Below are positions 24,560-37,879 of a stretch of DNA of 64,000 nt, one piece after another. Below the pieces are notes generated by a model. The model saw only the letters and a program-made list of their open reading frames with translations. It had not been told where the DNA came from and made no database searches. Location: NCBI GenBank assembly GCA_013239625.1, contig MU053561.1, forward strand, positions 808,826 through 872,825, given 5' to 3'. Made by a program: the position numbers and the translations under genes. Numbering within the stretch: the stretch's first letter is position 1; every line of letters starts with the position of its first letter. The DNA comes from Lama guanicoe (Eukaryota).

Positions 24560-24849
24560 TTTCAAAGCACGTTTCGTGGAACTCTCTTGGTTGGGTTTGT
24601 GCAGTTCCTCAGAGAGCAGAGAGAGCTTATTTGGCCTTGGTCCCCAATAAGCTAGGCCTTGGTCCCCAACTCCTGCTGTTTACATGATATTCAAATTTTT
24701 GCATTCCATATAACTTTATAATTGAAAAATTATTTACATTCCCCCCCAAATTAGAAATCACTGACTTAGGTATTTAACTTATTAATGGTGATCGTCTAAT
24801 AAACTTGGTCTCATTATCTTAAAATAGCAACATTGCAGAAAAACTGAAT

Positions 24850-25320
24850 AAAAGGACATGAATATGTTATACCTACTCTTCTAAAAAAAATATCCCGGCC
24901 TATAGCAATAGTAACTGAGATATACAATACCAAGATACCAAGCACTATGACTTAGTACTAAAAAGGCTCTGGACATCATCAGTTAAAATATTTAGGAGGA
25001 GAGGAGGGGATTCCACATGAAGACAAACTTGGAAAATTCCTATTTATCCATCTGGAAAAACGAAAGTGGTGGTGGAGGGAATGAACCAGTGACTGAACTA
25101 TGTATTAAAAATCTGATTAAAGTTTCCCAAGTCATGGACGATATAGAAATGGTGAACCAGAGACTCTTTAATCAGATCCTGGAATACTAGAACTTGGTGA
25201 GACTCGAGTTTGAAAGAAGCAGATACACAACAAATGTGAGAAAGTGCTACTCTACAAAGCAGGTGGTGAATTTATGAAACCTAGTATCTCAAGTGAGCAT
25301 ACAAGGTGAAAATACAAATT
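24850..25320 (+). mobile_element. CR1/L3-like LINE fragment
   Basis: ggtgaaccagagactct…atcctggaatactagaact…caaatgtgagaaagtgctactctacaaagcaggtggtgaatttatgaaac resembles the mammalian CR1 3' region. Confidence 0.6.
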
Positions 25321-26338
25321 GGGGTACAGAAAAGTTTTAGTGGGCCAGATAAGTTCTTCAGGTCTTGACTTCAATGAATGGCTCTTGGAAACCTGAAACA
25401 GGAATTTGAGATAAGCTAGAAATGTCTTGAAGTCCATTTTCACTTTTGGGGGCCAGTATATTGTAGGGTAATAATTAATTTCCATACAAAATCCCGTAAT
25501 TTTACCTTTAGGCTCAGATACTGGTCTGGGTGGATCATAGACGGACATGTATTCTTATGAGTGTTTCTGTAATGGGAAGTACTGGCATTTTCCCGACAGC
25601 CAACTCTTCCTAAAGCAGTAGGGCACAGCATCAATCAAAAACACAATTTATGAGACACATACTGCTGTTACTCTTAATGTAAGAATATATGCCTGCTTTG
25701 CTTGGTTGGTTTTATGCTTTGTTTATCATAACATGGATGACAATTATGACAAGCAAGTATTTGTGTCTCACTACGTTAATAAGAGTGCTTTCAGCAATCA
25801 CTACAGACAGGCCACCCCTCCTGATTAAAGGTGAGATGTCACTGAATGCTGGCTTTGCACAATGAATTAAGATATTATGGCTATATACATATAGCTTTTT
25901 ATTAACTACTTTTATTGATGAAATTCTAGCAGAAAAAAAAATAATTTTACTGCAGATCCAAGCCTCTAACTTCTAGCACTTCATTTCCCTCTGAAACAAT
26001 AGTATTTGGGACACACAAGGTTACTTAAGAATATAATTATCGCGGGACAGCAGAGCTGTCTGCAACGGGGAGTTCTGAGTAGGTAGCGTATCACAATCGG
26101 CCACAGGAGATAAGATTCATTAAAGAGAAGAACGGGCTGTGATTCAAGCCACTCTGGAGACACATGAGTAAGCCCCGAAAGAGTCGGCTCCAGCACTGCG
26201 AGAAGTGTGGCCCTTCGCAGAAAAGAAGGGGCTTGCTGCTGAATTAAAAGGCTGCAAGTGACCTCCCAAGGTCATCTAGTTCATCCCCTTCAGGCAGAAA
26301 CCCTTAGAACCCAGAGTATTTCGATGATAATGCAGCCT

Positions 26339-26360
26339 GAGAGAGAGAGAGAGAGAGAGA
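26339..26360. repeat. (GA)11 microsatellite
   Basis: Read directly. Confidence 0.95.
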
Positions 26361-28289
26361 GGGTGCACAGGCATTCCACAATCACTCCAACATCAGAACA
26401 TCTTCTTGGGTTTAAATATAATTCTTCATTCTATGGCTGATTTGCTTTTGTTTTTGTTTTCTCTTTTCTTCTCCTGAGAGACAAATCAGCTGATCAAGTG
26501 AGACTCGGGGAACCAAAGGAGCACAGCCTGCCTGGAGTTGGTGAATTCAAAACCAGAGAATGTGTTAGGTATCTTTTCTTTCCTCAGGTCAAAAGAACAG
26601 CAAATGCTTTTCTTGGCAGGCAAAGGGCACTGGCAGGAGGCAGCTGGTCTACCTGTTTTCAGATAACTAAAATTCTTTAAGGCTTAGGGTACAACACACC
26701 AGGGAATCAAAAAAGGAAAAAGGAGAGTAGCAATTTTAAAGTCTATAAAAACACTGAGCTCTGTGGGTCTGAGCCTGGTGCTTGAGCATGGGGGTGAGCA
26801 GGAGGTCTCTTTTTCACCCAGGTAATGACTATATGAGCCCCATAAGGAGATGGTTAAATCAAACACCGAGATGACTGCTCTTAAGAGGGGAAAAATATGT
26901 CAATCACACTTTGCCTTTGACACAAGGAAATTCCTTGAAACTGAGAATAGGGAGTGGAAGGGAGGGAGAATGTCTCCTGATGTGGGTGGCCAGGAAACCG
27001 GGGGCCAGAAAAGCATGAGAGGAGAGAGGGAGAAAGAGACTGAGAGGGAAAAAAACACAAGATTGAATTCTAATCAAAATGCTATGAGGCGTTCACACCA
27101 GGCCTTGAGAGAATATTAACAAGGTTACCCGAGGGGGGGGCCTTTAGCCCCAGGAATTATTAGTGAATATGGAATTATATTTGCACAAACATTACCAGAT
27201 GCAAGGAGCTAAATGTCCTGCAGATGTGGAAGGAGCCAGCGTATGTTCCAAATAGGCAGCAGCTTTATTTGTTTTACCCTTCTTACAAGAGCCTGGGCAG
27301 CACGTTTCTGAGGGGTTACATTTCTGGAATGACCGCCACACCACCAGGCCTCTGTTTCCCCCACTGCTGCTTGTATGAGCCTTGAAAATATCTCTGCCCA
27401 CCACTACGTGGAGTGGCCCTGAGGAAGGCTGGACAAACTTGCCAACTCACCTCTCCCACCTTCAGGTATCACAGCGCTCTAAAGGGATCATGGTGCACCA
27501 AGAAGGGATTTTTCTTAAAGATGATAGAGTTCAGAGTCAGGTAAATCACAGCAATTTCAAAGAAGAGCTTTGAAATTAAATGTAACAAGCTGACATGGAG
27601 GTTTAAAAAAACAAAACAAAACAGTAATTCAAGAGGAACAAAGAGTTCCTTCTGATATGCCACTATCAGATCCTCAAGACTTGGTTTAATTGAGATTCAC
27701 CACTGCTGAAGGAGACATATCTCATCTCCGTGGTTGGACAAGCTGTTGCCTCCAGGGAGTCCCCGGAATTTGTAACCCCAAATCCCCACCACCATCCTGC
27801 TTGCTTTGAGCATGACTTGCTGGTCTGGGGACAGAACTGTTCTGCATGTTGATATGATGTTGTAGGGGCAGCTGACCATGAAACTAATGGCGTGAGAGCC
27901 TTCCAAGGCCCTGGTAGGGACTCCATCAATGTGTAGGCATGGTTATGTTATTATAAAGTTTATACAATTAAGGTCTTAACACCAATTCGTTAATACTGCT
28001 CTGACTTCCACTGTCACACTTCTTTTGTGAAGGCTGGCCTCAGAGTTGAGTTGAAGATACATTTAGCTGGAGTGGAGTGGGATGTACTATGTGTAATACA
28101 CATCACTTTCGTATATAATTGATCCTAGTCACCCAGTTGTGGAAAGGATTCCAGAATCACTCCTATCATTTCCTGTTCACCCAAGGAGCTGAGACCGAGG
28201 TGTATCATGCCAAGATGTGACTGGCCATCTCACAACGCCCAGCCCCCAAATTAGGAGGATAACAGAGGAGAAACAAGATTTGACATGTA

Positions 28290-28834
28290 TATTCAGAAGC
28301 TAGTCCAAGAAAACTTATCTAAATCTTATAAATCTTTCATGAAAAACTTTCACAGAAGTTTTCCCAAATTCAACAACAATCCTAAAATTTTGCATGACAG
28401 TAGAAGCAACAACTTGCGGTGCTGGAAAAACTTTTCCTAAACTATCAGTAACAAAAACAAATTTTGATGTATCCTGTCAGAGGTAAGCTGAAATGTTTCC
28501 ATTCTCTCTATGCAGTATATTAGTAAATTTTTAGTAATATATGAAGAGGCGAACAGGAATATATACATACACATACACACACGTATAAAATAGAGATAGT
28601 TCAGGTAGTTATTAAGTTAAAGCACCATGCTGTGATATTTGCGGGTTTTATGATGTTTGTGGTATTTATGCATTTGTTGGGGTTTTTAAAGTAATTTTTT
28701 GTGGTTTCTTTTCTCATCCTAAAAAAAAATTTTTTTTGCTTTAATTTTATAACCAGAATTGTGTATCTTTTTCTTAAAGAAGGCCTCCAATATTGTTTAA
28801 GCTTCAGATCCAATATAGGCCAAACGGGCCTCTG
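28290..28834 (+). mobile_element. hAT DNA transposon relic (Zaphod/Tip100-like): transposase C-terminus and 3' end
   Basis: 28352-28486 reads TEVFPNSTTILKFCMTVEATTCGAGKTFPKLSVTKTNF, a decayed hAT dimerisation motif (FPNL…ILKI…T.P…S…ER.FS.L…K); the segment ends taagcttcagatcc…gggcctctg. Confidence 0.7.
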
Positions 28835-30789
28835 GCACCATGTACCATGTTAACGTACCATGTCCTTTTATTCTACTCATCAACTTGTAAGGTAGGTCTT
28901 GTTCATACCATTTTTAAAAAGAACCTGAAACTTTTAGTCACGTAGCTTCAAATACATCTGAATACAAAGTCTGTCTTATGCCAAAGGAAATAAACGAGTG
29001 CTGGTCCTAACTGTATTCCCCACCCCTACCAGAGCGCATGTGCTTCCTGAGGTCATCTTTCTGTGCTTTATCTAGTCTGGTTTAAATGGATTCTACTGAC
29101 ACCCTTCCCCCTACCACCCTAACCCATCTGCCCCCAGGACTGCCTCATTGTTAATAGATCTGAAAGGTCTCACTGTCAGAGAACATTTCTTCATTTCCTT
29201 TCCATTACTCTGAAATGTGCCCTTGTGGACCCCTCGGTCAATTCCTCCTTCTTGTGTTATTTGACCATTTTTTGGTGGTGTTTACACTCCATAGAAAGAA
29301 ACATGAAAGATACCTGAAAGCATCTGGGCTGAAGGACATGCCGTCTTTGAAATCTCTCTTTTTTTTTATTTAAATTCAAAACACACCCCCTCCAGGAAGC
29401 CCACCAGATTAATTCCAGGCAGCAAAATTCCCATGCCATCCTCTCACAGTCCCTTCATAACTTGCTATTAGCTAGTCACAACTACACTAGATGTGTTTGC
29501 TTATATTCTTTTTCTTACTAGAAAACTTGAGATTAGCAATGTCTTACAATCCTTACTTACTATTTAAACTTAAATGCATATTTGGATTGCAAATTTTTTG
29601 TGGGAACTCAGTAAATTTTTCATACTATATAAGGTAAGGAAGTGAAGCCTGTTTTTTAATTCAGTACACCTCAGTATCTATCATGTTGCTTTCAAAATGA
29701 AAAATATGCAAGTTCATTTTGCATAAAAACAGAAAACCTCACTTCTCTGGGGGAACAAAAAGCTCATCAAAAGCCCAGCCTGGTTTTCCCAAATTCTTGT
29801 GTATGGCTTTAGCTCTTCCAGTGTGTAAGAGTGGCAAACAAAAAATGCTTCAGTTTCTCTATCTGTAAAGTAAGAATCGTGTTCTTTCTTGCCCATTTAC
29901 TTCACAAACGTCTCACAGGGAATAGGAGTTAAATGATTAATGACTGAAAGCTCTTGGACAAACACAAAATGCTTAATAAAAATAATCCCTCATTGCCACA
30001 GTGATGGGCACCAGTGACCTGATGCTAAACCTCGACTGTGATTGAAGGCAATTCAGATAAACTTGGGGCCCTGTCCATGAATCTGGATTTCTTTTCCCCT
30101 TGTGAGGACAAACTGGGCTGGTGTTCCTTGACTTCCTCCACCGACAGGCCCCTGTCCATGGCCCTCCCAGGCTCAAACCCAACCCCCAGGTAATGTGAAA
30201 TCTGGCTTCCTGGTTGCAGAGGAGCCACATGTGGGAAACTGTAAAATGCACCATTGTGAGGTCAATATATAATTTCATCCTCCCTTTCTCAGGAAACATG
30301 CCTGCTCAGCCCATACCACAGTATTATTAGGAAAACTATTTGAGATCAAAACTCCATTTTTCATTTGTAGTGTAGGCCCTTCCTAAGAGAAGCCCTTGCA
30401 TAGCTCTGGAAAGAGTCTCCAAGTGCTATAATATTTCCTGTCATGACTGAAAGAACTGGGCCGTGCTTGAAGAGTAAATATATCTCTATTGGTAGAAACT
30501 GGAAAGGTTATTATCAAAGGGAGCAAGGGATTTGGCATATTCTTAGTTCATTATGTTTACTGAACATAATCCGTTCTTGGTCTTCCGGTATAATACAGCC
30601 ATGTGAAATCACCCTGGACTCAGATCCGATCTCCGAGAAATTCAGACAACTCAAGATGCATACCTACTCAACTGTCCTGTCCTAAAACCACTCTTTTTAT
30701 TTCCTTTTTTAAGAGAATGAAAGAAAAATAAGAGAGTTCCTGTTAGAGAAAAGAACCGCTAAGCTTTATAATGTGTTATGACACAAGAC

Positions 30790-31050
30790 AAAGCAATATG
30801 AGGGGCTTGGGCTCTGGCATCGGACCAAACTGAGTTTGGAATCTCAATAATATCAGTTACTCAACAGTATCAGTGGCTAATCTTGACCAAGTTATTTAAC
30901 TTCCCTGAATCCATGTCTCTGTCTAAAAAGAAGGACTAAAAATTCCTATATCATAGATCATTAGTGAAGACTGAATTAGATATTGTATAAAGTGCATGGC
31001 AGAGTGCCTAACATATAATAGACAATCAATACATAATAGCTAGTCATAAT
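30790..31050 (+). mobile_element. MIR SINE
   Basis: gggctctggcatcggacc…cttgaccaagttatttaacttccctgaatc…gtataaagtgcatggcagagtgcctaacata. Confidence 0.8.
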
Positions 31051-31534
31051 CATAATAGTGGGGGAAAAATACATACTCCTAGACTACCAACAAATCTATT
31101 ATAATAAATCAACAAATGACTGAGCATCCACGTGCTGGGCACAATGGGGAAGGAAATAAAATGACTTACACACAATGAAACTGACCCCCCAAAAGTAGTT
31201 TCACTTTTGAAAATGTCAGTAAAAATACATCTTTATGGACTCTTTTGCTTTTGCTTAAGGTATATGCCAATCATAGCATCTGTTCTTAAACTGTACAGGT
31301 TTTAACTGCTGTACTACAATATACTCATTCCTCAGAAACATTGTATACCATAAAATTGTGTGCTAAAATAAAAGGGAAATGGAGAAATAACATATTCAAC
31401 TTTGTAACTAACAAAAACAGTCATTGTTAGGTAAGAGGTATCTTGAGGGGAAAAAAAGGTGGAAAAGCTAGAAAGCCCAGCAAAGATGATCAGCTGGAGT
31501 TTGTCTCAGGGGAAATTTAAAAATGCTTAAAAAC

Positions 31535-34285
31535 TGCTGCTGCTTCTGGCCAAGACTGAGTGTCAGGGACCAGATTTACTTTGTTGTGTAAAACAACAAC
31601 ATACCTGGACAAATATATGAATCAAACAGCAACTCCCAAGATACTGGAAATAATCAACGAAGGCCAGTGATCTCTGAGTGAGCCCAAGGTTAGCCTTGCT
31701 TACTGCCTGAAGAGAGTTTACAGTCTGTGACACAGAGAGAACTCAGGAGATCTTCCTGAATTGAGCTGGAGCTGACAGTCCAGATAAGCCAATGTGGCTC
31801 GAGTTCTCAGCGCAGAGAATCCAACTGGAGAGAACTGCACAGAGAACTGAGAAGTACAGAGTGCGCCTTTCAAGGCTTCACAAGGCAAGCATGTGAGTGA
31901 GTAACTACCTGAGATCAGGAAATGAATCGTCTTATGGAGTAAGAGCAAACTATTCAGAGGTTCATACAGGGACAGGATACTGGCCATTCCCACAACCCAG
32001 GATGGAAAATTCATAAGTCATGAGGCTGAGATTAGTAATAAGAAGGTTCTTGCCTCAGCAGTGGGAAAAATTAACCCTAGGCTAAATATTGTTCTGGTGC
32101 CACCAAACAAAGCCTAGAAACAAGACCCAAAAGTATCAAACTGTTTCCAAATAACAACCAGATTCCAGAACAAAGTATAATAATATTTTTAAGAATACAA
32201 AAACAACCTACATCACACAAGATAAAATTCATAATGTTGAACATCTAATCAAAAATGCTCAGGCAAGCAAAAAACTCCTCCATAAAGAGGAGAAAAACCA
32301 ATCAGTCAGAATATACTAAAAAAATGACACAGATGATAGCATTAATAAATAAGGGTACTAAAGCAGTTATAACTGTATTCTGTGTTCAAAAAACTAGAAG
32401 AAAGAGTGAACATTAAACAAAGACATGGAAGATCACTTTTAAATTGAACTTCTACAGATGAAAACTAAAACTTCTAAAATGCAAAATACACTGGATGAGA
32501 TTAACAGCAGATTAGACATCATGGAAGGAAAGTAAGTGAGATTGGAGACATAGCAATAGAAATTTTCCAAAATGAAGCACAGAATTAAAAAAAAAAGAAC
32601 AAGAGAAAAATAAAGTGTCATTGAACCATGGGACAACTTCATGCAGCCAACTATGTGTGAAACTGGAGTTGTTAAAGGAAAGAAGGCAATAAGAAGATAC
32701 AAAATATTTGAAAAAGTAATGTCTAAAATATTTTCAAAGTTGATAAAAAAAAATATAAACCCACAAATCCAGGAAACTCAATGGTCCTCAGACACAAGAA
32801 ACATGAAGAAAACTACACCAAGGCATATCATAATCAGATTGCTTAAAACTAGTGATAAAGGGAAAAACCTTAAGAAGCCTAAGAAAAATGATACTTTACA
32901 TATAGAGAAACAGCAATAAGGATCACACAGATTTGTAGACAGTGTAGAGCATCTTTAACATACTCAGAGGGGAAAAAACCCATTAAACTAGAATTCTATA
33001 GTCCATAAAAATATCTTTCAAAATGAAAGTGAGGAACTTCTTCAGACATACTTAGAGGCAAAAAAAGAAAGACTAAAAGATGATCTATCTATGATTATCT
33101 CAATAGGTAGAGGAAGAAACATTTCACAAAATCCAATATCCACTACTGATTTTTTTTAAAGTTTCAGCAAACTAGAAGAGAAGTAAACTTGATAAAAAGC
33201 ACCTATCAAAAACCCTATACCTAATATCATACTTAGTGATGAAAGACTAAATACTTTTTCTCTAAAATCAGTTTAAAAAAAAGACAAAGATGTCTGTGCC
33301 ATCACTTCTATTCAGCATTATACTGGAGGTTCTAGCTAGTACAATAGGCAAGAAGAGGAAAGAAAGGAAAGGTAGGGAGGGAGGGATGAAGGAGGGTTTC
33401 CTTTTGGAAAAAGTAACACTGTCTTTATTCACAGATGGCACAATTATCTGTAGAAAATCTTAGGAAAGCTACAAGAAAGTTACTAGAACAAATAAGTGAG
33501 TTTAGCAAACTTGCATTATAAAAGATCAATGTACAACAATCAATTGTATTTCTATGTACCAGTAACAATTAGAAATTTTAAAATACCATTTACAGTAATA
33601 CTGAAAAATATGAAATAGGAGTAAAACTGACAAAAGATGTTTAGTATTTGTATAATGCAAACTACAAAATGTTGCTTAAATTTAAGAAGACCTAAATAAA
33701 TGGAGCAATACATGGAATTCATGGATCACAAGATTCAATATTGTCAAGATGTCAATTCTCCAAATTGATCTATAGATCCACTGCTTTCCCCATCAAAATA
33801 ACTACAGGCTGTTTTCATAGAAGTTGACAAGCTGATTATAAAATGTATGTGTATGTGAAGAGGGTACACCTAAAACAATATAACATTGTAAATCAACTAT
33901 AAATAAAAAATAATAAAAATAAAATAAAAATTAGATGAAATGACAAGGCCCTTAGAATCCTTAAAACACTTGGGAAAGGCAGAACAAAGTTGGAGAACTT
34001 ATGCTACTTGACATTAAGACATACTGCAAAGCTGTAGTAATCAAGACAGTGTGGTACTGGTATCAAGGAAGATACATAGATCTATGGAACAAAACAGAAC
34101 AAAACAGAAATATACCCACACACGTATGGCCCATTGATTTTTGACAAAAGTACAAAGGCAATTAAGAAGAGAAAGCTAGTTTTTCCATAAATGGTGCTGA
34201 AACAATTGTATACTCACATGCAAAAAAAAAAAGTGAACCAGTTCAACCCTAGGTACTTCAGCATGTATCAAAAAATTAAATGATT
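31535..34285 (+). mobile_element. Old L1 (L1MC-like): 5' UTR, ORF1, internally deleted ORF2
   Basis: ORF 32641-32919 (…IFEKVMSKIFSKLIK…PQIQETQ…KKTTPRHIIIRLLKTSDK) is L1 ORF1p; ORF2 RT and distal motifs at 33090-34230. Confidence 0.85.
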
Positions 34286-34289
34286 ATTC

Positions 34290-36272
34290 TATCTTTCCTT
34301 GTTATCACATCAATAAAGTTAACACTGACATAGTAATATCTGATAGACAGTCCATATTCAAATTTCCTGAATTGACCTAATAATGTCCTTTTCTTGATTT
34401 TTTCTCAAGCTAAGGTTTCAAATCAAGTGTTATGCATTGCATTTAGCTTTCATATATAATCTATAATCTGAGTCCCCCTCCCCCAAGTCTTTAAAAATTT
34501 TTATGACATTGGCGTTTTTCAAAAGCCCATGCCAGTATCTTGAAGGGTATTCAACAATCTGGATTTGTCTGACTGGTTCCTCAAGTACGTATACAAGTGG
34601 CATATTTTTGGCATGCAATACATAGGAGATGTACCCTTCCCATTGTAGCATGGTAGATACATCCAATGTCATTTGCCCCATTTATGATCCTAAGTTTAAG
34701 CATTTGGCTAAATGGCATTTGCTGAATTTCTAATTTCTTTATTGTAAAGGTATCTTTACCCTTTGTAACGAATAAGCAATTTGTGATATAATTTTTTTTT
34801 GCGTGAAAAGGCTATTTAGTTGCTTTAAGTTATACAGCATACACTTTAACATTTCCTTTTTCTAAAGGAATTTCCTGTGGTGATGTAGTATTTTGAGATG
34901 TTTACTTTGCTCTCCAGTAACAGTTTATTATCGATCTTTTTGTCTCTTTTTAAAATTGATATGTAATTGACATATAACATTATATTAGTTTCAGGTGTAC
35001 AACATGATTCAATATATGTATCTATTGTGAAACGATCCTCACAAGTCTAGTTAACACCCACCACTGACGAGCTTCATATGAATCAGTCATCATATGAATC
35101 ATATGATGACTGCAAAACGATAAATGTATACTTTTATCATCCCTTCTACATAAATTAGTTGGCATTTTTCTGTAAAGAAGAGCTTTCCTCCTTCCTGCCT
35201 TGCTTTAAGTATCACTATGAACATACGGATTTTTAAAAATTCAACATGTTATTATATTATTATAGTATATATTATGTCATATATTATAATGTGTTATACA
35301 TTTTCTTTGGGATGCTCAAATGGTCTCAAATGTGGCCATTGGGAGCCCATTCAAGACTACTTCTGTGTCCTTCAGAATTTTTAGTCTTTGAGCACTCCCT
35401 TGACTTCCAGGACAATCTATTCTGGGGTTATCTTGCGCTTTGCCTGCTCCAAACTTAGAACTGGTCATTTGCTCAAGAAGCCTTGTTGTTTTTGGTGAAG
35501 GATGGTATTTAGAAATCAGGACCTAATTTCTAGGTGTCCTCCTGCTGCTGACATGGAGTCCACAGTGGTGTCCCCCAATTTCAGGGTTCTTCCTCACCTT
35601 TCCCCATTGCATTCTTCTCCCTCTTTTCTTAAACAGGGAGAACCTGGGTTGCTAACCACCTCAATACTGTTTTTTCTTTTCCTCTATCTTACAATACAAA
35701 TAAAATAATTGTAGTCCTCCAACAACAATGCTAACAACAAACCCACTAAGTTCCAGATTTTGTTACAGATCTTTTGATCCTTAGACTATATCAGATTCAG
35801 ATGACTGTGTTCAAAAGTTACCTTAATTCTTTTTCCCTGCATGGTTATGTTATTAATTTGACAAATGGCTAGGTTTTTTTTTTCTGATTGTATTCATACT
35901 ATTGCCATTTTTTATTTTTCCTTCCTGTGTTTATTTTGTCCCAAATTAAGCAAATAGCACACACACATTTTTATTTCTCCTTTCTAACACAAAAGGTAAT
36001 GTACCACATGTACTCTGTTGCACCTTGCCTTTTTTTTCCTCCTCTGAAGAATATATCCTGGAAATTACTTCCTATCAATTCACAGAGGTCTTCCTCACTG
36101 TCTTTTATGGCTACATCATACTCCACTGTACAAATATACCATAGTGTACCAGCTTCCTGTGGAAGGAAATTAGCATGTTTCCATTTTTTTGCTATCATAA
36201 ACATTACAATGAATAACTTTCATTATACGTTGTTTCATTTTTTGTGGCAGTGCATCTCAAGCATATGTATTT
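34290..36272 (-). mobile_element. L1MC-like 3' region, with a short younger L1 tail at ~34945-35065
   Basis: gtccatattcaaattt…gcattgcatttagct…tctggatttgtctga…gatgctcaaatggtctcaaatgtggcc, typical of reverse-complement L1MC 3' UTR. Confidence 0.7.
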
Positions 36273-36277
36273 AAGAG

Positions 36278-36667
36278 TGTATTAGTTTGCTAGGGTTGAC
36301 ATAAAATAATACTACAGACTAGGTAGCTTAAACAACAGAAATTAATTTTTTCTTGCTTCTGGAGGCCAGAAGACAAGATCAAGGTGTCAGCAAGTTTGGT
36401 TTTTTCTGAGTCCTCTCTCCTTGGTTTGCAGATGGCCACATTCTTGCTGTGTGCTTCTGTGGTCTTTCCTCTTTCTGTCGTCTGTGTCCTAATCTCCTCT
36501 TAAAAAGATACCAGTCATACTGGATTAGAGTGTATCTATATAACCTCATTTTGCCCTAAAATGATCCCATTAGAGGTCCTATCTGCAAGTACTGTCACAT
36601 TCTGAAGTACTGGGGGTAGGGACTTCAACATACGAATCTGGGAGGGGATACTATTTGGTCCAAAATA
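36278..36667 (-). mobile_element. MaLR solo LTR (MLT1A/B-like)
   Basis: tgtattagtttgctaggg…ttaaacaacagaaatt…aagatcaaggtgtcagca…gtcacattctgaagtactggggg; ~390 bp; 5-bp TSD aagag (36273-36277 / 36668-36672). Confidence 0.9.
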
Positions 36668-36682
36668 AAGAGTAAATGCTAG

Positions 36683-36843
36683 TAGTGAAGAGGGTACAGC
36701 TCAGTGGTGAGTGTGTGCTCAGCACGCACGAGGTCCTGGGTTCAATCCCCAGTACCTCCATTAAACAAACAAAACTAATAATAAATAAATAAACAGACCT
36801 AATGACCCCCCACCAAAGAGTGCCATCTAAAAATTTTTTTAAA
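36683..36843 (+). mobile_element. Vic-1-like SINE
   Basis: gagggtacagctcagtgg…gcacgaggtcctgggttcaatccccagtacctcc; TSD aaagagtaaatgc (36667-36679 / 36844-36856). Confidence 0.92.
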
Positions 36844-37879
36844 AAAGAGTAAATGCCAGGCACTGTCTAATTCCACTTCAATGGTTTATACAGTGTTGCA
36901 CTACCAATAGTAATCAAGCACTTATTATTCAGTCTCTTAAAATACAGCTGAAAGGACTATTGCTCAGCAGTAGCCACACTAAAAATTTTTCCCTTCATAC
37001 TGAAGATTATAATTTTATTCCAGCTATTTCAGCTCTCCTTGCCTAAGAAAATCATGTTCAAGTTTCACAAATTTCACGTTATACTGCCGTTATTGTCTTA
37101 TTTACCAATGCACACGAGATACTTGATGTCACAGAAACATCTTTGGCAGCAGACCAGACTGGACTTTAAACTGCTGTGACTCAGATGTTTTACTCTGAAT
37201 CTGGGTAACTGTTTTACAAAGAATTCTCGCCCTGAAAAAACTCTTCTACCACAGTAATGGTTCTGAGTGGAACATGTGGGTTTTCTAAAGAAAATGTGTA
37301 AACCTGGGGATAGATCCAAGTTTTCTAGTCTATGTTAGGAAAAGAGGAATTGAGCACACTCCATTCCCAAAGAATTTAAAATGAGAAACACAGATTGTAT
37401 TGTCCTTAGGCTTATCCTTTGCATTTTATTTGTAGGTTGCAAAAATAAGCCCCCATTCTAGGGATTACGACCCCATGGGAAGATAGTAACACTGCAAGAG
37501 ATTTATAGCTATCTCTGGGCTCCTGCATCTGGGTACCACAGGGTTACCTCCTCCAGTTCTCAAAGGTGAGTAGCCTGGAAGACTATTCCTTTCCCCTCTA
37601 TCAGCCTGCCCTTATCAGACTCTGCCTCTGACTGCTCCCTCCCGAGGTCTCCTTTTGAGAATAGTCTCATATTCTGGGCTTGACTTTACAAGTGGAAGTT
37701 TATCCCCAAACAGTTACAAACAAGTGCTCTGAACCTCTTTAATCTGTTTTAATTACAAAAGAAAACATCATCACTGTATCAAATTTACATAGCACAGATG
37801 CCTAAAAAGCAAAAAGTAAAAGTCCTTTCCTGAACCCCAGATGGAATTTATGGTAGTGTTTATACGTTGCTATTTATAA

